A stretch of DNA of 64,000 bases from Nitrosopumilales archaeon. Lineage in GTDB: Archaea > Thermoproteota > Nitrososphaeria > Nitrososphaerales > Nitrososphaeraceae. The translations under genes were made by a program, and so were the position numbers. The DNA lies in contig JBIQJB010000010.1 of the NCBI GenBank assembly GCA_044507735.1, positions 1-64,000 on the forward strand. The letters are read 5' to 3'. This document shows, one piece after another, positions 59,204 to 64,000 of this stretch (position 1 is the stretch's first letter; every line of letters begins with the position of its first letter). The notes beneath the pieces were generated by a model. It was not told the origin of the DNA, did not search any database, and worked only from the letters and a program-made list of their open reading frames with translations.

Positions 59204-60039
59204 TACCTGTCGCCAAAGATCGACGTTATCATATCCATCACTTTCTGGTACTCGACTTGACCCCACTGATCGTATGCGTTGGCATACACTACCTCTGCAG
59301 CGCGCCTGCCAGAAAGCCCTGAGTTGAGCATCTTGGCAAACGCTATGGTTTCACGAAGTGATGGACTGTAGTATAGTTCTTCAACCGCGGCTGCTTCGCG
59401 GAGGTTTTTTGCAAGCTGTATGGCATGCTTTACATCTTTGACCTTTGACTCATCTATTGACACGTGTCGCCGTACGATCTCAAGCTCAACGTCTTCTGGC
59501 GGATATTCGAGCCTCATCCTTATTGGGAACCTGCTTAGTAGCTGGGGCGGGAGCTCCTTTGTACCAACGTGGGATAACGGGTTTATGGTCGCAACGACGA
59601 ACCAGTCGGCGGCGGCCTTTACGATCTGGCCCTCTGCCTCCTTTAGCACAAGCTGGCGCCTGTCGTCAAGCGCTTCGTCAAGCCTCAGCAATACATCGGC
59701 CTCCGCAGCGTTGAGCTCGTCGAGATACAATATTGTGCCATTACGCATCGATTTCACAAGCACACCTTCGACAAAGTTGATCTCCCCCTTGTCAAGAGTT
59801 CTGGAACCAACAAGGTGCGATTCCCTTGTACGGAGGGAAAAGTTAACAGAATCCAGCCCTTTTTTCATCTGGGAGGCAAACTTGCGCACCAGAGTGGTCT
59901 TGCCAGTGCCCTTTGGACCAATTATGAGAACAAAGAGCCCCGAGCGATAAGCCTTTTCTAATATGTCAATTGCGTTGTTCCAGTCAAGGTAAACAATCTC
60001 CTCTGGGCTGCTAACTTCTTTGGTTGCCGGCGACTCCAT
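59203..60039 (-). CDS. MoxR-family AAA+ ATPase (CbbQ/NirQ/NorQ type)
   Basis: GPKGTGKT, YLDELN, ATINP, LLSRF, SLRE. Confidence 0.9.
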   Translation of the reverse strand: MESPATKEVSSPEEIVYLDWNNAIDILEKAYRSGLFVLIIGPKGTGKTTLVRKFASQMKKGLDSVNFSLRTRESHLVGSRTLDKGEINFVEGVLVKSMRNGTILYLDELNAAEADVLLRLDEALDDRRQLVLKEAEGQIVKAAADWFVVATINPLSHVGTKELPPQLLSRFPIRMRLEYPPEDVELEIVRRHVSIDESKVKDVKHAIQLAKNLREAAAVEELYYSPSLRETIAFAKMLNSGLSGRRAAEVVYANAYDQWGQVEYQKVMDMITSIFGDR

Positions 60040-60243
60040 CTACTCTTATAGAGCAACCGCACGGTATTTGAGCGTTAAGACGCGGCGTGGTATGTAAGCT
60101 GTCGCTTATCAATAACTGGTAGCATGGTCATTCTTGTATCCATGTACCATGATGCCATGAAAGGAGGATGTGTCAAATCAGACGGCTAGCCAGAAGGATA
60201 TGGCTGGCATTATGGTTGAGGTCAACAGGGCCTGCCGATACTG

Positions 60244-60260
60244 CAAAAATCTTTTATAAT
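60244..60260 (+). promoter_or_regulatory. BRE/TATA-like promoter of the eCIS operon
   Basis: CAAAAATC-TTTTATAAT with the TATA ending about 31 nt before the ATG at 60291. Confidence 0.55.
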
Positions 60261-60290
60261 TCGCTGGCTTCCTAAAGCCGAAATCTCAGA

Positions 60291-60944
60291 ATGTCAAGTT
60301 TTCCAAGGTCGCCACGACTTACAAAGGGCGCATTAATCTCTTATGACCCATTGAGTTTTATCCCACAGGTCGTTATTTTTCAGTACAACCCGGAGGAGAT
60401 GACCCGTACACTTGAGGCGCAGAGAGCTCAGCGTCAAGGAGACCCTGCTGAAGTCCACAGGCTAAAGGGTCCTCCGGTAGAAAAAATACAGCTCAAGGTT
60501 GAGCTGGACGCAGCCGATCAACTGGAAAAGCCGGAGCAAAATTCCACAGCTATTTCAATGGGAATTTACCCGCAACTTTCTGCGCTCGAAATGATGATTT
60601 ATCCAAAGAGCTCTTGGGCGATAGCAAAGACAATATTGGCTAATGCCGGTGCCATCGAAGTTGTTCCTCCCGAAGAGCCATTTACGTTGTTTGTTTGGGG
60701 ACTCAATAGAGTAGTGCCTGTAAGAATCACCAACTTTAGCATTGCAGAAAAGTACTATGATCCGCACTTGAACCCAATTGTGGCAGAGGTATCCCTCAGT
60801 CTTGAAGTGCTGACATATGAAGACTTTAGCTTTTCACATCCAGGGTATTCGATATTCCTTGCCCACCAGATAGTAAAGGAAACGATGGCTGCTGTTGGTT
60901 CTGTGACCAATACTGCTTCACTTGGAGATGTGGGGGTACTGTAG
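60291..60944 (+). CDS. Contractile injection system tube-like/tube-initiator protein (Afp7/Pvc7 N-terminal-like)
   Basis: FQYNPEEMTRTL...P..TLFVWG..RVVPVRIT.FSI.E..YD..LNPI.AEVSLSL, the CIS_tube-type pattern found before LysM/D/gpV genes. Confidence 0.78.
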   Translation: MSSFPRSPRLTKGALISYDPLSFIPQVVIFQYNPEEMTRTLEAQRAQRQGDPAEVHRLKGPPVEKIQLKVELDAADQLEKPEQNSTAISMGIYPQLSALEMMIYPKSSWAIAKTILANAGAIEVVPPEEPFTLFVWGLNRVVPVRITNFSIAEKYYDPHLNPIVAEVSLSLEVLTYEDFSFSHPGYSIFLAHQIVKETMAAVGSVTNTASLGDVGVL

Positions 60945-60946
60945 AA

Positions 60947-61237
60947 GTGTTTGAACCTACCAGCAGATACTTCAGTGTCGAGGACGCAAGCATAGAGACC
61001 AAGGATGGGGGTAAGGTTACGTACAAGAAGAGACGCTTCGTTCCAGACTGGTCTGAGATGGCGCTTCTCCATGAGCTCAGGGTAAACGACGGCGATAGAC
61101 TTGACAGTATCGCTGCCCGCGTGGTTGGAGACCCTGAGCAATTCTGGCGAATCTGCGATGCCAATAATATCATGCACCCACTAGAGCTTACCAACGAACC
61201 AGGCAAATCAATAAGGATAGCGAGACCCTGGGGCTAG
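60947..61237 (+). CDS. LysM-like baseplate protein of a contractile injection system
   Basis: SRY...V.DGDRLD.IA....GDPEQFWRICDAN....P.EL...PG..IRI. Confidence 0.82.
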   Translation: MFEPTSRYFSVEDASIETKDGGKVTYKKRRFVPDWSEMALLHELRVNDGDRLDSIAARVVGDPEQFWRICDANNIMHPLELTNEPGKSIRIARPWG

Positions 61238-61242
61238 TCATT

Positions 61243-62391
61243 TTGACAGGAATCTTTGCCGTCTTGATGATCGGGCCGACCATACCGCTGCCAGTCCCTG
61301 CAACGCTTGCTGACGCCGTTGAATCGATAGAGGTGAAGATCACGGATGAGGGCCGCGATGGCTTCCAGATCGTTTTCACAGTAGGCAGGGCCGGCGCGCA
61401 GAGCCCTACCGGGAACCCTATTGACTACACGCTCATGAACAATCCCCTGCTTAACACATTTAACAGAGTCATTGTGATGCTGGTCTTTGGCCTCTCCCCT
61501 ACTGTGCTAATTGATGGCATAATCACCAACAGGCAGTTCAGTCCATCCTCTCAACCAGGTCAGTCCAAGCTTACAATAACTGGCGAGGATGTGAGCATAA
61601 TGATGGACAGAGCAGAATCGTCCACCACTCATCCAAACCAGCCGGACATTGCAATAGTTGCCAAGATAATAGCTTCGTATTCTCAGTACGGCCTCGTGCC
61701 GACAGTGATCCCGCCCGCTTCGATGGACGTACCAATAATGGTCAACAGGATCCCATCGCAGCAGGCAACGGATCTACAGTACATCAAGTCCCTTGCAGAG
61801 GCGTACGACTATGTGTTCTATGTCGAGCCCACTGCTGTCCCGGGAGTCAACACCGCATACTGGGGGCCAAAGCAGTATACAGGCGTGCCCCAGAAGGCGC
61901 TCACAGTCAATATGGGATCAGACACAAATGTAAAGAGCATAAACTTTCAATACAATTCGCTTGATTCGACCATCGTGACGGGAAGCATACAGGATCCTCT
62001 GCTCAACGCAAAGATACCAGTGGTAACTGCAGGCAGCCTGCGGCCCCCGTTATCTGCTATACCAGACTGGCTGGCAAACCTTGCCAACGCCAAGAAAAAG
62101 CAGTATAGAGCAGGAGGGGGAGTCAACTTTGTCCAAGCATACGGTGAAGCTCAGTCAGAGACTGACAAGTCCACCGACGCAGTCACCGTCACAGGTGAGC
62201 TTGACGGAGCGCGTTACGGAAATGTGCTTAGGGCAAGGCGGCTTGTGGGCTTGCGCGGCGTTGGATACATGCATGATGGATTCTATTATGTCAAAAACGT
62301 CACCCACAAGATAAAGAAGGGCGAGTACAGCCAATCGTTTACGCTTGTGCGCGAGGGCCTTGGGTCTACGACTCCGGTGGTGATGCCTTGA
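61243..62391 (+). CDS. Phage late-control-D / baseplate hub protein (Afp8/VgrG N-terminal-like)
   Basis: DGFQI.F, LIDGIIT, LTITGEDVS.MMD, TDL.YI..LA...YVFY, GELDG.RYG..L....VG.RG.G...DG.YYV..VTH. Confidence 0.8.
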   Translation: MTGIFAVLMIGPTIPLPVPATLADAVESIEVKITDEGRDGFQIVFTVGRAGAQSPTGNPIDYTLMNNPLLNTFNRVIVMLVFGLSPTVLIDGIITNRQFSPSSQPGQSKLTITGEDVSIMMDRAESSTTHPNQPDIAIVAKIIASYSQYGLVPTVIPPASMDVPIMVNRIPSQQATDLQYIKSLAEAYDYVFYVEPTAVPGVNTAYWGPKQYTGVPQKALTVNMGSDTNVKSINFQYNSLDSTIVTGSIQDPLLNAKIPVVTAGSLRPPLSAIPDWLANLANAKKKQYRAGGGVNFVQAYGEAQSETDKSTDAVTVTGELDGARYGNVLRARRLVGLRGVGYMHDGFYYVKNVTHKIKKGEYSQSFTLVREGLGSTTPVVMP

Positions 62392-62888
62392 GCACCCAGC
62401 AGAGCACGCAGCGCTTTTACGGCAAGTACAGGGGCAAGGTGACAGATAACCGCGACCCACTCATGCAGGGCAGAATCCGCGCCAAGGTGCCGTCAGTGTT
62501 CGGCGACGAAGAGACTGGCTGGGCGCTTCCCTGTGCCCCCTACGCGGGCTCTGGAGTGGGATTCTTTTTCGTCCCGCCAGTTGATGCCAACGTCTGGATC
62601 GAATTCGAGGGTGGCAACCCAGACTACCCGATATGGACTGGCGGATTCTGGGGGACAGGTGAGGCTCCTGTGATGCCGGCACTAGCAGAGACAAAGATGA
62701 TCAAGACAGACACTGCAACACTCAAGCTGGACGACTTGCCCGGCGTGGGAGGCATAACCATAGAGACTACGTCTGGATTAAAGATCGTCATGAACGTGAC
62801 GGGCATAGAGCTGAGCAATGGCGCGGCAAGCATCAAGCTTACGCCTGCAAGCGTGTCTGTAAACAACGGTGCGCTGGAAGTAATCTAG
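62388..62888 (+). CDS. Baseplate assembly protein V / gp5 OB-fold spike
   Basis: FYGKYRG.V.DN.DP...GRI...VP.V......WA.PC.PYAG...G.F..P.....VWIEFEGG.PDYPIW.G.FW followed by short beta-strand repeats. Confidence 0.88.
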   Translation: MSTQQSTQRFYGKYRGKVTDNRDPLMQGRIRAKVPSVFGDEETGWALPCAPYAGSGVGFFFVPPVDANVWIEFEGGNPDYPIWTGGFWGTGEAPVMPALAETKMIKTDTATLKLDDLPGVGGITIETTSGLKIVMNVTGIELSNGAASIKLTPASVSVNNGALEVI

Positions 62889-62976
62889 ACGCTGTATTTC
62901 CCTTAAATGCCTCTAATATTTTGGAGGTGAAAGAGAATAATACTTTTCTAGTCGGGTTTAGCATATTCTGCAGTTA

Positions 62977-64000
62977 ATGTCATTGGCAATGCACCAAACC
63001 AGCATAGCAAGAGACATCAATACCAAGTCGTACATGCCTGCAGGACTTTCTGTTGATACTCGTCACACGGGTAGCTTGAATAAGGCTTCTGCAAGTTCTA
63101 CTGCTTACTCACAACAAGCTACTTACATTCAGCAGGAGGCAGAACAGATCATGCTGCCCCCAGTTGTTGGATATGACTTTTCAAAGATCGGCATCCAGCC
63201 AAGGTTGAAGGTAAGTCATCCTTCAGATCCATCCGAAGAAGAGGCAGAGAGAGTCGCAGAACAAGTGATGAGTACGCCTGCCCCTAGTATCGATTCTCAT
63301 TCCCTTGCGCCGAACGGGGAAAGGCTCGATAGGAAATGTGCAGCATGCGAGACGATGAAAGAGAAGGAAGAGAAAGAGGTAAACATAAGCAGAAAATCTT
63401 CGTCAGGATTTGACTTAGAGAATAATCACGAACTGGCAAGTGAAATAGGCGATATTCGTTCAAGCAGTGGCTCTCTGCTTGATGCAAGTACCAAAGAATT
63501 CATGGAATCAAGGTTTGGTTATGATTTTAGTTCTGTCAGAGTACATACTGATGGAACAGCCGCTCAGTCGGCCAACAGAGTTAACGCGCTAGCATACACA
63601 ATTGGAAATAATATAGTGTTTGGCGAGGGCATGTACCAGCCAGATACAACGCAGGGAAGAAGGTTGCTGGCGCATGAGTTGACGCATGTAGTGCAACAGA
63701 ATGGAAATAAAATTAATGCCAAGCATTCTTCTGATAATATAGACATACGAGTCAACGATTATTCTAATAATACCACGGTACAGCGCTTCGGTGATCCTGC
63801 CCAGATTCCATCAGGCATGTCGTGTCCCGTTGCTGTCGATACTCCTTTGGGAGTTGTAGAAAATCTGCTATTTAGTGTCGGAACATCTGCTCTCTCTACA
63901 GATCAACAAACACAGATCGAAAGCTTCGTAAATAATTGGCATGCCCTTGGTGGAAATTTTGACGTAAGAGTAGACGGATACGCGAGCGTTGATGGGCCGC
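62977..64000 (+). CDS. DUF4157 (eCIS core) domain protein with the start of an OmpA-like domain (runs off window; not in ORF track)
   Basis: Frame is open from ATG 62977 to the end: IQPRLKVSHPSDPSEEEAERVAEQVM, RKCAACE, FMESRFGYDFSSVRVHTD...ALAYTIGNNIVFG...LLAHELTHVVQQ, VQR, then LLFSVGTSALS...VRVDGYASVDG. Confidence 0.88.
   Translation, partial: MSLAMHQTSIARDINTKSYMPAGLSVDTRHTGSLNKASASSTAYSQQATYIQQEAEQIMLPPVVGYDFSKIGIQPRLKVSHPSDPSEEEAERVAEQVMSTPAPSIDSHSLAPNGERLDRKCAACETMKEKEEKEVNISRKSSSGFDLENNHELASEIGDIRSSSGSLLDASTKEFMESRFGYDFSSVRVHTDGTAAQSANRVNALAYTIGNNIVFGEGMYQPDTTQGRRLLAHELTHVVQQNGNKINAKHSSDNIDIRVNDYSNNTTVQRFGDPAQIPSGMSCPVAVDTPLGVVENLLFSVGTSALSTDQQTQIESFVNNWHALGGNFDVRVDGYASVDGP

Noticed and set aside
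57620-60039. MoxR ATPase/vWA pair as part of the eCIS (Afp15 equivalent)
   Set aside because: It is a short CbbQ/NirQ/NorQ-type ATPase with a vWA partner, transcribed away from the eCIS genes. Afp15 ATPases are larger and belong to a different AAA+ clade. Adjacency alone is not evidence.
60291-64000. Provirus or T6SS interpretation of the phage-like genes
   Set aside because: No capsid, portal, terminase, integrase or T6SS membrane-complex genes are in view, and the linked DUF4157 gene favours eCIS. This cannot be fully excluded beyond the window edge.
1-64000. CRISPR arrays, tRNAs, IS elements, inteins
   Set aside because: I found no regularly spaced repeats, cloverleaf sequences, transposase ORFs or intein insertions by eye.

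Overview
This is a 64 kb piece of an archaeal chromosome, almost certainly from an ammonia-oxidising thaumarchaeote (Nitrososphaera-like). Support for that assignment: 4-hydroxybutyryl-CoA dehydratase, a PEF(G)-CTERM tail, PolB1, TBP, TFE-beta, fibrillarin/Nop5, a stand-alone 5S rRNA and a transketolase-Rpe fusion. Positions 1-60 kb are dense housekeeping DNA: the nurA-herA-mre11-rad50 repair operon, nucleotide metabolism, ribosome biogenesis, the non-oxidative pentose phosphate operon and a MoxR/vWA pair. The standout is the last 3.7 kb (60291-64000), an operon of extracellular contractile injection system (eCIS)-type genes behind an archaeal TATA promoter: a CIS-tube-like protein, a LysM protein, a late-control-D/hub protein and a gpV/gp5 spike. 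These are followed by an ORF absent from the supplied track (62977->64000) that encodes a DUF4157 (HELTH) domain plus the start of an OmpA-like domain, a likely cargo/effector. Smaller observations include a radical SAM gene with an in-frame amber codon, a palindrome with perfect 17-bp arms, several unlisted micro-ORFs and a probable ATA-started Hsp20. All calls come from reading motifs by eye; no database searches were run.
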